A stretch of 64,000 nt of DNA from the human T2T-CHM13v2.0 reference genome, Homo sapiens. The stretch's first letter is position 1, and the number at the start of each line of letters is the position of its first letter. This document shows positions 46,849-60,885 of the stretch, piece by piece. A program made the position numbers and the translations under genes. The DNA lies in the NCBI RefSeq assembly GCF_009914755.1, contig NC_060928.1. The stretch is one strand, 5' to 3'. The notes under the pieces are model-generated. The model searched no databases. It was not told where the DNA came from and saw only the letters and a program-made list of their open reading frames with translations.

Positions 46849-46914
46849 GTCACTGACTCTTTTGGTGATTTTATATAAATATATCAATTTATATAGTGTA
46901 TGTGTTGGCCATGT

Positions 46915-47349
46915 CACTACTCAGGGTCCCAGCAGAAAATAGATGGTACACGATATACCCAAATGAAATAATTGAGAGGAATTTAATGAAGGGACTTTAA
47001 CATCCTATGCTGAAAAGGAGAAGAGGGGTGAGGGAAGGAAGTGACACCTGAAGTAAGTTGAAGCTCTAGGAAAAATGCCTTTGGTAGAGAATACCAGGAA
47101 CTACCTGTTGCCACCAGCCAAAGCCTGTGGTGTGATAGGAAAGGACCCAGAGAAATAGATACCTTGACTTCTATTTGTTCTAGCCCTCCGATTTCCTACC
47201 AATGTCTGCCACAGGCCAAACCCAAACAGGGGTAGAAGACAAGAGGGTCTGGTTTATGCAGCCCATCAATGTCATTCTCTTTGGACACAGAGCAGAATGA
47301 AGAATCATGGAGGGTTGATGTGAAGAGGCAAACTGAGGAAATCAGCACA
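46915..47349 (-). mobile_element. LTR33-like ERVL solo LTR
   Basis: tcagggtcccagcagaaaatagatgg..ggccaaacccaa..gcaaactgaggaaatcagcaca (rc begins TGTGCTG). Confidence 0.72.
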
Positions 47350-48715
47350 CCAGTGTGGAATTGATGAGGAAGTAAAGGAAGATCCAATAGGAAAGATCTA
47401 TGGAAATTATAGGATATTTCTTCGGGGATGATTGGACTCTGAGCAATCTTTTGTGCATTGTCCTTCATCTTTACTTCCTGGTCAAAAGCATACCCAAAAT
47501 TATAGAAAAAAGAAGAAATAATAACTGCTGGGTTTTATCTTAGGTTAGACTTTTTACTAAGCTCCAGGTTTTGTAAAATTATATAATCTATGCCTCCATT
47601 TCATTCAAAGGAATAGTACACCTTATTTTTTACCATAAAGGTTACTTTTTAAAATTTATTGTCTGCAATTTCTGACTGTTATACTTAGCTGCCTTTTGTA
47701 ATCTCAGTCATTTTCTCAATTTTTCCATTGTAGCAATCTGTTTTATAATATGGAAAAAAAGAAGCCCAGGAAATTTAAGTTTTGTAGCAAACATTTGGAC
47801 CTCAGCAAGGCCAAAGAGTTTTCTCAAATTATTGTTGCAATATAACCAGTTTTGTTGCTATAAAAATGTAAATAAATTATATGAGTAGCTTATATCTTTC
47901 ACATAGAGATGGTTTCTACCATATTTTCGGAATTTAAATGTCCACAGGTATGACAGAACATAAGCCAGCAGGGGTTGCTGACGCTGGCATGAAAATGTTG
48001 ATGATTAAAATATCACCATAGTATGAGGTTTACTATTCCTACCATCATTTAAGAAAAAGGTTAAATTACTTAATTTTAGCTGCAATTTATTTTTCCAATT
48101 ATTCTTTATTGTTTTCCCCAAGTAGCATAATGCATGATCCAAAAATACAAAATGAAACGAACCAAGAGAAAAACCTAATTTAACTGGTTGTTGCTGACAT
48201 TTTGCCTTTTCTCAGAAAGCAGCCTCAGTTAAAAATAACTCAAAGGCATTTTTGGTGAACACTCTGACCTAGAATAAAAATATCTCAGTAAGCTAGCAAT
48301 TTTCTATTTTATAGTTGGTCCTGAGAAGAAGCAGCCAGAGTGATATTTGTGTTCATTACGCTGTATAAAAAATTATAATCTCAAGCTTAGAGAGAGTCAC
48401 TAATTATGTGACGTTGACATGCTTTTGAATATTTATTTATCACTGTGTATGAAATGAATTTGTTTCAAAACAAAAAAAAATCCTACAGAAAGACAAAGAG
48501 ATTATTTTGTGAGGTTGTGAGCAGGTAAGCTAGCCTGCTTAACATGGAGACTTCGCTCACTGGTCCTCTTTCCACTCATTAAAGAGTTTCTCTGAATTAT
48601 CTCATTCTTAACCATGACTTCAACATCCCTACACACTGATTTCCCTAAAATTCCACCTCAGACTCCAAATCAGGCTCTACCCTGAGTTCCAAACTGCTCT
48701 ATTCAATTACTGTAT

Positions 48716-49260
48716 TGTATTAGTTATCTATTGTTGTGTAACAAATTATCCAAAAACCTAATAGCTTAAAACAACAGACAGTCTCTCATAATAATTTCTG
48801 TGGATCAGGAATCAGGGCCCTACTTAGCTGGTCCTCTAGCACAGGGTCTCTCACAAGGTTGCAATCCAGGTGTTGCTTTGATTGTAGTGGATTTAAAGGC
48901 TCAGCTGGAGGAGAATCTGCTTCCAAGATCACTCTCATGATTGTTGGAAGGATTGAGCTCTTGCCAGGGGTTAGCCTGAGGCCTTTCTTAAATTTCTTTC
49001 CTGTACAGCCCACTCCACTGGGCAGATAATCAGGCAGAGGGCTTCCCTAGGAGTGAGAGCATAAGAGAATGGCAAGCAAGAAGGACATCACAATCTTCTT
49101 ATAACTTAATCTTGGAAGTGTCAACCCATCCCGTTTGCTGTATTCTGTTCATCAGAAGTGAGTCATTTGGTCCACTCTTCCTCAAGATGAAGGGATTATA
49201 CAAGAGCCTGAATGCCAGGACCTGGAACAGTGGGGACCCCCTCAGAGGGAGCCCACCACA
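48716..49260 (-). mobile_element. MLT1F-like MaLR solo LTR inserted in an L2 (about 48570-49400)
   Basis: tgtattagttatctattgttgtgtaacaaattatcc..ttctgtggatcaggaat..tctgcttccaag..cccaccaca; TG..CA termini. Confidence 0.87.
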
Positions 49261-49415
49261 GGTGCCAACCAAACATTTCCTCCCAGGCTGTCACAGGCAC
49301 CTGAAAGTCAACATGTCTAAAATTAACTCTATCAATGCTGCTCCTAAACCAACTTCTCCTTCTATATTCTCTCACTTGAATATGGGTCACAGAATGTGAT
49401 CTATACAGTGTCTAC

Positions 49416-49456
49416 GTGTGTGTGTGTGTGTGTGTATGTGTGCACGCACATGTGCG
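49416..49456. repeat. Imperfect (TG)n microsatellite
   Basis: gtgtgtgtgtgtgtgtgtgtatgtgtgcacgcacatgtgc. Confidence 0.9.
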
Positions 49457-52400
49457 TATTTGGTGTGTTTATTAAAGTTTTTTTTTTCTTGTTTTGCTTT
49501 TGTCTGAAGGGCCAGCTTGTGTCAGCTTATGTGACAAGTGCAGAGATCCTGGAGTCAAAGTACAGTGGGAAGAGGGCATAGACTGAATATGAAATTCCAG
49601 GAGACGTCATGTTTACTGAATTTTTTGTCTGAAAAATCAAGTATATCTACTATTTATTTTCTGCTTGGCCTTTTTTAGCTTTTATTTTTTTACAAATGTA
49701 TGTTTATGATACTCTCTGGCCTTCTTACTGTTGCTGCCCTCACTTTCACACCCTCATGTCAGGTGGAAGCCCTGCCATCCTTCCACTTGCTGAGACTGTG
49801 TGGAACACCTCTGTGCAGCTGTGGAATTCTAATGGGGAAAGTAAACCATGAGGAGTGTATCCAGTTTGGACTATGGCCTTCTTTCAACTCCAGCTCTCAT
49901 ATTTTCAAGTTAAATGGATCAAATCTCCTCTACTTGCTCCCTTGCTTGCCTTCTTAAGCAAAGGAGACAAAAGACATCTTTTGGACCCAATTGCACTGCA
50001 GTATGGTAATTATTTCTCATGACATTTTTTCGGAATGTGAATAGCACCTATTGATATTTTTATGTACAGATTCTTACTTTTATGTTATATTGATAATTTT
50101 CTTTGGACTCTGGAAAGGGTGGGAAGTGAGGTGGGTTAGAAGACAAGGTTCAACTGGCTATTTTACAAAGACCTTAAAAAAATCATTTCTTGCCTTGTCA
50201 ACAGAATGTGATTCTATTACAGAGGCTTAATAACATCTTGAAAATTTCTGTCAGAAACAATTATCCACCAGTTCCTCCTTGTCCATCCATTTATGTGTCC
50301 TTCCCAAATAACTCTAGTAGATAACTGAGAATTAATGTTGCCTTGATCTCAATAGATTACATTTCTGAAAATAGGATTATGCCTATAACTTTCCTGCCAT
50401 GGAAGTAAGGCTAATTTAATTGCATGTGCTCTATTGCTTTTTCTGGAAACTTTGTGAAAGCTGGGGCCCATCTTGGCAAGCCTCTGGTTCCCTGAAAGTT
50501 GCTATTTATACTATTATGGCCACATACATTAATCATGATTTATTCAATTTATACTCATGGTTTTCTCAAAATTTTGGCTGGAGATTCAGTTTTTATGTTT
50601 TACTTATATCTAGTTCATCAACTAATGTAAAAGAACCCATGTCTCTATTTGCTTTTACTTCTCACTTGTCTGCTAAGATTATTTGGAATTGGTTTCATAA
50701 TATCTTATCAATAAGCACCAAAACAATGTTTACAGAATCTTTGCTATTTCCTTGTTATTCTAGAGCATGGATTTGGTACCATAGAGATAAAATGGCCCTA
50801 GTGATTCCAGCTTTAGATTATTGAAAGAAACCTTTTCACAAATTATATCCACATGGTAAGTAGTTCCTAGGTGGGCCTAAATGCTCACTCTTACCTCTCA
50901 ATACTTTATTATTTGTAAAAATCGTCAGATGGTTGGAGCCACTCTTCATTTTTCTCCTAACAAATGCTTAGGATTTTCTGGCATTCTCTTTCCTGAAATT
51001 GAGTAAATATCTCATGGACATCAGTTACATCAGGATCTTCACTTGCTGCCAACCATTTTCAAACACTGATTTTGTCTTTATGCCTCTAGTATATGTCCAG
51101 AAGCATTTTCTGGACATATACAGATTATATTTTCTGGCTTTATTTTTCTGCCACTTTCTGTACTTGTCAGTTGTCTGCGCCATTTAGTGGATTACTTTCT
51201 GGTTCCATTTTTTCAAGCACATCATCAACTTGCAATAGGGTACCTTCAGAAGACTAGCGTCAACCTAAGTGTTTTTGCTCTTCTGCACCCATTCTTCACC
51301 CCTTTATTATATTTTAAAAAACCAAAAAATCACTTTTATCAAAAATTTTTTTTTTAGTGCCACAGCTTGGTTGCATTTTTATTCATATTCTCTCTTTTTT
51401 GTCAATGATTCCTTCCAATTATTATAGGGATATTTTTGTTGGTTAGGTTAAACTTTAAGTGTGTATTCAGCACTTCCAGGCAATATCCACTATATTTCCC
51501 AGTGAATTCACTCTCACAATCTCAAAATGGACTGATCTGGTGGCTCTGCTTTTATTTTACTAAAAATATTCAAGCAATGAGAAGAAAACTTATTTATCTT
51601 GCTGGCACCACATTTACCAAATACATACACGTGTCCCTATATATCTTCCCTCCTGCTACATGCATCCAATACTACTGCTCTTATAGAAGATGCTATTCTT
51701 ATGTATTTGATTCCACTCATTTTCTTCAAGGAATTTTGCTCTGCAAATATATCACCTCTTTTCTGCATTATCAGATTTTTTCTATTAATCTATTATTCCT
51801 ATTAGCATGCAAACATAATGTAATGTTTTCCATGTGTAACAAACAATATACACAATGAATGGGGAATGATTGCTGTCATTTTTCAATCATCCAAAATTTA
51901 TTTCAGTAAGATACATTAAAATTAAACATATAACCAATATACATTAACAATATCACTTAATATAATCTCTTGGCACCAACTTTTCCCTATGCATTACATA
52001 CAAAAATAGGCCCTATTCTGTTAGAAGGTGGACAAAAGATTGACTCAGAATATACTTTTATTAATTCTTAGATTATCATCAAAAGGAAAATATTTTTTTA
52101 AATTTGGAGAATTCCTAGATTACTGAAGATAAATACTAGAGTTTGAGAGACTTTTTTTTAAGGATGAGGAATTAACTTTTAAGCTCAAGTCAGCAATAAA
52201 ACTACATTTATTGCCTTAAATGTCTTTTGAATGCATTTTTTCATGAATATAGAGAAAGGATGACTCACGGATTTGGGTCTTCAAACATAGCCTAAGGTTC
52301 TTGCATATTTTCATGATCAGTGTTCAGCATCAATATTATTCTTTTGTACATCTTTAGTTGGAGATTATTACTAATAAATACAACATAATCCCTTAAATAG

Positions 52401-52629
52401 ACTCAGACTTTATGATCCCTCAGCTGAGTGAAGTGGCTGAGTAGCTGGTGTGGTGTAATACATAAAGCAAGAAAACAAAGTACTAGAGTCAGGAGACTCA
52501 GTGAGTCCAGGCTTCATGTCTTTTAGAAAATTGTTTTCCTTGTCTGCACAATGACAGTGTTGGATTAGATAATCCATATGGTCTCATTTGCTCTGAAACT
52601 CAAGGAATATATTTTTGGCCAATAATAAT

Positions 52630-52885
52630 TAAAACTAGGCCTTTCTGAGCTTTTCTTAGTTACATTTCAAAGCACTGTTGTAAGTGCTTAATATGGATTA
52701 TGTAATTTAATTCTCATAACAATCTTTTGAGTTTTGGTACAATTAATATCATGAATACACTGAAGCTTAGAAAGGCTAATGACAATGCCCAAAGCCTCTC
52801 AGCTGGTAAGCTGTGCAGCTGAGATTTAAATTGAGACCATGTGACACAAAAGCTGTGGACCTTTTAACTATCTCAAAGACTACCT
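52630..52885 (-). mobile_element. MIR
   Basis: gcactgttgtaagtgctt..atttaattctcataacaatc..actgaagcttagaaaggctaa..gcccaaag..cagctggtaag. Confidence 0.75.
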
Positions 52886-54229
52886 CTCTTAAAGCATGGA
52901 TAGATTTTCAAAAAGAGTGAACTATAATATAAGCAGAGTGCATTATCTTTGGAAGACTTGTGGTGGAGTTAAGTTTTACAATTGTGTAAACCTCATCATT
53001 TCCTCACTTTCTATTTCCTTACTCCCAGGAGACACCCCTACTCCCTAGGAGCCAAGTATTACTTTAGAAGAATGGTGACACAGAACACAGGGAACAATGA
53101 GCCAAGTTTTGGGCTTTTGAATATCTAAATTGACTTTTTAAACCCATGAGGGAGGTAATTAGTCTTTTGAGCCAAGATTTGTGATGCGTTAGAGCCAGGA
53201 TTTCTGAATTTCAAATAGTTAGGCTGGTAGGAGTATTGAAATGAAGTTCATGTTCTTAATGTATTTAAAAGGGCAGACAGGGAGGACAGGTGTACCCCTT
53301 ACTCAGAAATTGGAGGAGCCTGGACTGGGAAGAAGAGTCAATGAGGAGGCAAGTGAATTAGAGCCTCAGAGGGGGGGTTCTAAAAACCTGGAGGGAGAGG
53401 GCAAGTGATAAAAGCCTCAGATAATCCTTCTAGGGATCTGGGCAGTAGTGCAGATGTGGACAGAATATATATATATTTTTTTTGGCTGGAAGACCAGGGG
53501 TTGGCAATGTCTCAGAAGATCCCCATGGAATGGGAATGTCAATGAAATGGATGTCTAGGGTTTATGTGCCTCCAGGGAAGAATCAGAAAGCCCAAGACAA
53601 TCCCAACACATTTTCTGAGCCTGTGTCAACATGAGAGAACACCACATTTTTCCTGTCATAGAGTGTGTGGAAGTAAGGTAAGAGAGACTTCCATCCTGAA
53701 GTAGGGAGAAGGAGGCTGCAGAGTGGAAGAACATATGAACTGGGGGACCAGGAAAGATGAGGGTGATGTCCAGATGCTGGAAAACATAAAGAGATATCAG
53801 TCAATGTGGAGGATGTTATTAGATAACAAGTAACCCACTCCCCAGTGCCTAAGTACCCAAGGAAATATAATGTATCTGTTTAGAGAAAAGAGGAAGCAGT
53901 GTGGGATCCTGAAATGACTGAAACAATCTTAAATCGACTGAAAATATTTTGGTGCTTGAGATAAATTTATGTTTGAGAAACCACCTAGAAACATTGTAGC
54001 TGACTAAATTACATTGTTTTTGTTTTTGGTCATCAGGTAGAATATGGGCTTCAAAAAAAAGGCAAGTTAAGTCTGGAAAATGTTTCCTGCATACCTAGGT
54101 AAGTAGACTGAGGACATCATACTGAGGAAGGAATAATAGAGAGGAATTAAGGAAAACAGAGGATTTGGAATTTGAATTGTGCCTTCCAATAGGCACTATT
54201 TTTAGGCTAAAAATATGGGCAAGAGGCAG

Positions 54230-54505
54230 GGGTAGAAACTGTATACCAGCTGCAGACAATATGAACAAAGAAGGCACCCAGTTGTGAAAATTACTGGTGT
54301 ATTCAAGGACCAGTGTGACCAGGATTCAGGGCATTTGGAAGACGTAGCAGGATATGTAACTGAAAGAGTGGATTAATGCTTATTCGTAAGTGGAGTAGAG
54401 TGCCATGCTTAGGAGTTTGAATGTTTTCATACCTGTAGACAATGAGAAGCATTGAAGGGTTTTGAGCAGGAAAGAGATACATGGGGCTCGCATTTTTTAA
54501 AGTCA
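54230..54505 (-). mobile_element. L2 fragment
   Basis: aggagtttga..gtagacaatgagaagcattgaagggttttgagcagg..gcattttttaaag. Confidence 0.72.
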
Positions 54506-54509
54506 CATT

Positions 54510-55490
54510 TCAAAGCCCCCTACTTGTTTATCCAATGTCCTTCTTGACATTCCCAGTTGGATGTCTTATGAGGAGGTAAAACTATTACCAGTTTAAAAGT
54601 AAATTTTTTATTTCCTTCCAAACATTTTTCTCTTCCAGGCTTCTGTATTCCAGGAATGGTACCTCCTTACTCCCAGGTGCTCATGCCATCATGCCTTTGT
54701 TCCAACTACCCCTCTATATTTAATCTTTTTAAATATTTTGTCAACTCAAGTAGAAAAATGGATTTCAAATATGCACACCTTTCCATCTCCCCTGCCATCA
54801 CTTTTGGTCTAAGTTACCAGCTTCTCTCACCTGGATCCCTGTGTTTAACTCTGATCTTCTCTTCTCATCTTCCACTTTTGCACCCCTCCAATCCATTTTT
54901 CCCACTACAACAAGAATAATATTTCTAAAACAAAAATAAATTTATGCTCTGTTTGAATCACTTCCATATCTTCTCATTGCCCTTAGAACAAAATTTCAAA
55001 TCAGCATTACCAACAGACTCTCGTTCCCGTGTCCTCTGCACGCCCTTCTAGAGGCATCTCTTGCCTCCCCTTTCATTACCTTATAACCTCCAGCCGTGCT
55101 GACTCTACTGACTTTCCTCCAGTTTCCTAAGTGAATTAAACTCTTACCTTGTTTTCATTATTTTGGCAGGCTATTCTCTTCTAAAATCTCTTCCAAGTGA
55201 CTTTGTGCATCCTTTGGTTTCAGTTAATATCATTTCTAGAGAATCTTGCTTGGGACTTCAATCTAAATCAATATTTTGTTTTAACCTTCCTCACATTATT
55301 TCCGTTTTTACACCACAGTTTATAATTATACATTTATTTGTTTGCTTCTTTGTTTAATGGTTTGCCCCATGCTATACTATAAGCTCCCTAATTGTATCTA
55401 TTATGTTTCTTGATCAACCATCAGCTGCTAGCCTAGCAACTGACATGCAGTAGGTTTTTTCTGAATATTTGTTGAATTAAGTGTATGAAA
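54510..55490 (+). mobile_element. L2, about 1 kb 3' portion
   Basis: ggatgtct..ctctcacctgga..cttctcattgcccttagaacaaaat..tatactataagctcc..gcagtagg..aatatttgttgaat. Confidence 0.8.
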
Positions 55491-55629
55491 GAATGGTGGT
55501 CAATGAAAGCCAACTATCAAGTTGGAGGCAAGAAAATCGGTTTAAGAGATTTGCTGATAAAAATTAATAAAAATTGGAATTAGTTGCCATTGTAAAGTAT
55601 AGAAAAGCAAAAGATAGAAATTTATCATT

Positions 55630-56012
55630 TTTACATCCTGAGGTAGGTGGTCCTAGACTAGTGTAGAAGCTCCACACTCATCAGATTCTTAGGTTGCATG
55701 TATTTTACTGCCCTGCTGTCCCTAGAATGCCCCATATGAACCCACCATGACGGCGATGCCAATTCTCCCAGCAGGTCCATACCCCAGGCAACGGAGACAT
55801 GGAATGGGAGGCAAAGGGCACACCCTTTAAGGAGATTTTCCAGAAGTCCCACAAATCATTTCTCTTTATGTTTTGTCAATCAAATATTAAGTGATCATAT
55901 TTGGTTTTGAAGGGGCTGTGAGTATTTTTTCCTGGCTACAATGGGGTTTCTGTTACTAACAAAGTAGAAGAGAATGAGTGTGCATTTGGACAATTCACAG
56001 TATCTGCCATGT
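55630..56012 (-). mobile_element. MLT1J/I-like MaLR LTR fragment
   Basis: ttttccagaagtccca..ggggtttctgttactaacaaag..agaatg..cagtatctgcca. Confidence 0.62.
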
Positions 56013-56899
56013 GATGATTATAGAAAACAGAGGGACTGGAACAAATAAGAGTCCTTTTAGAAGTACTGAGAACTCAGTTTTTATTGGAGGAGCTCAATTG
56101 TATCTTATTTTATGGGTGAGAAAAACTGAGGTCAGTTAGAATGAATATCTGTACCTACACACTTCCTCACTTCCCATCATCCTGATAACATAAGGCTCAT
56201 TCTGGTCAACAAATGGTTTCATTCAAGCTGACATTTTCAACAAGTTTCATTTGAACTAAAACTTTATGAGGAATTCACAAAATATCCTCAAAATGCTCTA
56301 GCAGTTTGCATGGTGTAAATATTTAAAGCAAATATATTCAAATAGATAAACACCGACTGTCTCATCTTTCTCGTAGATAAATCCAAATGCATCAGTGGGG
56401 CAGTGAAAAGTCAGCTATCTTTGTTCAGATGTTGTTTAGCATATCCCCAGATGCAGTGAAAAATATTTTGGGGGTGTTCTTGCCTTTCTGCTAATCCTTT
56501 TTTTCATTGTATAATGTTTCAAAACATAGAGACATAATCCTGCTGATGGAAAATGTGTCCAATTAAAATATCATGCATATAAATGTGTTTTGCTCACAAA
56601 CAAAATTTTTAAATATGTAAAAAATCTGAAATATCAATTACTATTTTTTTGTTTATACTTTATTTCAATTAAATAATATTATGTTACAAAATATTATGTG
56701 CAACATATAGAGGTTTATTTTCTGATCATTTCCCTGATTTTGCTTCTGGCAAAACTTGGAACTTTGTTTATTAATAACTTCTCATACCAAATAAGAGCTT
56801 TTGTCAAAATTCTATCACGTGAAGTATAGTAATTTATTGATGGATTGGTAACCCACTATTAGTCATAGCGCCACCATGACAACAATAACAATAAACCAA

Positions 56900-57110
56900 A
56901 TAAGGACCAATGCTGAAGTATTTACAAAGGTGTCAACAATGTCCTCAGTGCTTGGCACACATTATCTCATTTAAGATGATTGGTGACCATTTCCACATTT
57001 TATTGATAAGCAAACTAGGTTCAAAGACATTAAGCACCATGTCCTAGAATATAAAGCTCACATAAATAAACCAGCTCTGTGTGACTCAGGTCATAGGTTG
57101 CCCCCTCTCT
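56900..57110 (-). mobile_element. MIR
   Basis: cacattatctcatttaa..ccacattttattgataagcaaactaggttcaaag. Confidence 0.6.
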
Positions 57111-57261
57111 TAATTATGTACATTTTCTGACCACCCCCCACCTCCATTCCCTTAATCTCCTGATGGACACTGCATTCATTTGAAAATGCAGAAGATATAA
57201 CTAAGGAAAGCTGGCTAATTTGTTTGCTTTTATGGGATGTGTGGGCCCACAATTGCAATAG

Positions 57262-57420
57262 TCCTTATCAAAAATTCTTAACTTGGAGGTCCATTGACCC
57301 CCGTGAGTTCAAGAACATGTCTCAAAGTGCCTCCTGAAATTATATTCATATAGGGAGGCTGTTCATAATCTTCATCATATTCTTACAAGGATCCATGATT
57401 TCTAAAAACCCAAGACTAGA
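57262..57420. mobile_element. hAT-Charlie type DNA transposon relic (MER103/MER5-like)
   Basis: ttcttaacttggaggtccattgaccc..ttcatcatattcttacaaggatccatga resembles recalled short hAT elements. Confidence 0.45.
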
Positions 57421-59910
57421 AAAATCAACAAATGTTCATGACTGATGAACATGACAAACTACTAAGAAATTTGTTCATACATTTCTTTGAAATATAGCAC
57501 AGCTCATTTTAAGAAGGCTGAGTGGATGGTGGGTGACATTTGTTGAAATATGTCCACTCCCTTAAATTACTACTGCAGAAAGTGGATCAATATTTACTAG
57601 AAGCCTGTTGATCCAGCGGAAGATACTGGAGTACGCAGTAAGAACACAGGAACAGAGGGTTGAAGAATGAACTCTACTTAAGACTTAGACCCTTCCTTCT
57701 CTGACTTTGGGGTAAGTTTCTTATAATTTTTTCCCTGAGTTTGCTCATCAGTTTAAAAAAAAAAAAACCATGGGAGTAAGAAGAGGTAAGCCCTGTCTAG
57801 CCAATAGGGACATATGGCAGAGGAGATTATGGATATAGAAAACAAACTCACAAACACAATTATTATTAACAGTGAATTGAGTATCTGAAGTTTTCTAGTT
57901 CATCCCAGATTTTATAATGACAAAAATAGGCAAGTCCCTTCACTGAGCTGGGACTTTAATTCCTCTCAGGGAAATGAGAATGCTCTCTTTCCTTCCTGCC
58001 TCCCTGAAGCAGTGTTTGGAGTAACAATCACAGCCAAGTGATAATCAGTGTTATTTCTTCAGTGAGGCCTGCCTATCTGAAACAGCACTAGTTCATTAAT
58101 TAATTCAACAATGAACTAGATACTTAAACTTGATGCTTGAACTACATGCATAACCTAGAACTGGAAGAATGAACTAGATGCATTAATTTAATAGTTCATT
58201 CTTTGCTGAATGTGATTCATCTTTCACTACTTGATGTTCTATTAGCTATCTGTCCATTTCTTCCTTTGCCTGTTATTTCTCTGCCCCATTGCAATGGAAA
58301 AATCTAGGATGCCTAGGGCTTTTTTTTTTTTTTGCTATCTGCAATTTCTAGAATAGTACCTGGATTATAGTAGGTACGGACAAATATTGAATATATATTG
58401 GATAATTTATGTGTACAAAATGCATTGATAAGATTGAGGAAAAAGATACTGCTATATAAATGCAAAATACAGTTATAACTCATTGACTCTTACCTTATTT
58501 CTCTATTATTTTCTCCTGTGACCCCTTCCTCTCTTCCCAGTTGTTGATGGATTCTTCCTTAATTTCTTAATACTTCCACCACAACCCTCACCCTCTCTCT
58601 ATATTGGGCTCTGTCATGTTGTCACTGCAAACACGACACAGGGGACAATGGCTTAAGCTCTGCAGTCAGTTGTGTATGAGCATCCTGGCTTTGCCACTAA
58701 GTAAGTGTGTGTCCTGGGAAAACTTGACTAATCTTTTTAAGCATTAGCTTTTCCTAATCTGTCAAATAAAATTTTCAATTGAGAGCAAGAGAGAAAGAAA
58801 ATAGGGAAAAGAGAATCTCAAATTTACCTTAACTAGAAAGTGGAGACTAGAAAATCTTAAAAAGGAGTGTTCATAGCAATACATTTGATGACAATTAGCA
58901 AATGGAATGAATTTTAAAGTAGTGACATGGATTTTGGTCAGATTTAAGATTCAGCAGCAGCCTTTGTAACTCTTATATCCATCAGTAACTACACTAATAA
59001 GCCCTCCTGTGGTTGTTCCTACAATCTGGGCTTTAACAAATGCCCTAAATATGTGTGTTTTTCAGGGAACATCTGACTACATTCAGAAGCACGTCAGGAG
59101 TTCCTATGTGGGCAGAGACACAGATTGTTGGGGCCATATGGGCCTGTGGACTTCAAGTATAGTAGCATACTTAGAAACTTTCTTAGATTATTTCTTCCAT
59201 CCAAAAACTCCTATTTGGTGCATGTTCCTCCTTCAAATCATAGCCCTTAAGTCATTTCATACTGAGAGCTCTAAACTTTCTTAATAGGAAGGTGAAGTAT
59301 GAAGACGTGGGATAATTCTGGACAAAAAATCAAGTTATTGCGGATGCTATAATAATAAGCTATTTTGATGAGGACAGAAAGTTCTAAAGTCAGTTATGTG
59401 CCAAGGTGGAGCTAATTTCTCACTTTTGAATACTAACAAAATATATTTCATTGGGATGATGGGTCCTGAAAATTGGTTGGAAGTATCTAATGTGGTAGGG
59501 TTACAAAGATCAAGAAAACCATTTCTGGTATTGGACCAGTCTGGAATGTGATCTTCCTACAAGAGTTATGATGAGATGCCTCATTTTTCCCTAAGGACTC
59601 CACAGATTTTAACAGAACTGACACCAAAGCAAATGATCCTTCTTTTTAAAATAACTGACCTGTTTTGATAGCTTGATATTTATATATGGGTCTTGACTGA
59701 GTTGGTTTTAATGGAAAAAAATAAGAAAGTTATGAATTAAGTTTTTGCTTATTGAGTTATACAGGATGCTGCCTCTACCTGCATGCATATTTGTACCTGT
59801 ATAGGTAAATTGTCTCTAAATGCCAGTAAAAATGTAATTGGTTTAGACTGCCATAACTTAGTTCTATGTCATTTTTGTCATACAGAATAGTGGCAAAAAC
59901 CTTCAAGGTC

Positions 59911-60370
59911 TGTTGTTACATGGGATAGTACCAGTCACCATCCTGCTCATTTCTCCTCAGCACTCACTGTCTGTACAAGCCCATGGCTTCTGCCTGTAAG
60001 CTCCTGTGACTCTCTCTTTCTCAATGCTTTGTGCGGCAAGCTAGAAATGCCTGGCTATTAACATTTCCAGGAGCAGACTTCAACCATTGATGGACAGCAT
60101 TTGACATATAAATAGCCAACCTCATTGCCCCTTGGGTGGGACCACTATACAGCCTACTTTATGGAGTCTTCCAGAAGTCCCCATCAGGACTGAGCCCCAG
60201 CTGTGCACTGTGCCATATTGATCTACTCATTGACATATTTTGTATAAACTTCCTTTTCTGTCACTTCCCCACTCCAGTACTTGTGTTTCTTGGGATCACT
60301 TCTCAAATAAGCTATAACGCTGAAATCATTATCTTCAGCTTTTCTCCTAGAGGGAACCTAACCTAAGACA
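59911..60370 (+). mobile_element. LTR16 (LTR16C-like) ERVL solo LTR
   Basis: gactgagccccag..ttgggatcacttctcaaataagcta..gggaacctaacctaagaca terminus; flanks aggtc/aggag. Confidence 0.82.
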
Positions 60371-60566
60371 AGGAGGCATAAAAGGATGCAGAAGCATTGT
60401 GGTTAGGATGGTCAGAAAGAGAAATTTATGGATGAAGACAGACCGCATTCATTCATTCCGTTATTTATTCCTTTATTCCCTCATTCATCATTTACTTATT
60501 TCCAACCTGCAATGTGCCCATGACTAAGGCAGACACCTCATAATGATGGATAAGAATTGGCTCCTA

Positions 60567-60885
60567 GGCCGGGTGTGGTGGCTCATGCCTGCAATCCCAG
60601 CACTTTGGGAGGCTGAGGTGGGTGGATCATTTGAGGCCAGAAGTTTAAGAACAGCCTGGCCAACGTGATGAAACCTCCTCTCTAGTAAAAGTACAAAATT
60701 TAGCCAGACATTGTGGTGCATGCCTATGATCCCAGCTACTGGGGAGGCTGAGGCATGAGAATTGCTTGAACCTGGGAGGTGGAGGTTGTAGCCAGCTAAA
60801 ATCACGTCACTGACTGCACTCTAGCCTAGGCAACAGAATGAGTGAGACCCTGTCTCACAAAAAAAAAAAAAAAAAGGAAAAAGAA
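60567..60885 (+). mobile_element. Alu (old AluS/AluJb-like) within an L2 tail, TSD aattggctcc
   Basis: Full dimer with A tail; aattggctcc on both flanks. Confidence 0.92.

Noticed and set aside
50420-51858. 134-aa and 140-aa ORFs
   Set aside because: Non-ATG starts, AT-biased composition, no domain or splice structure; partly overlapping decayed L2-like sequence.
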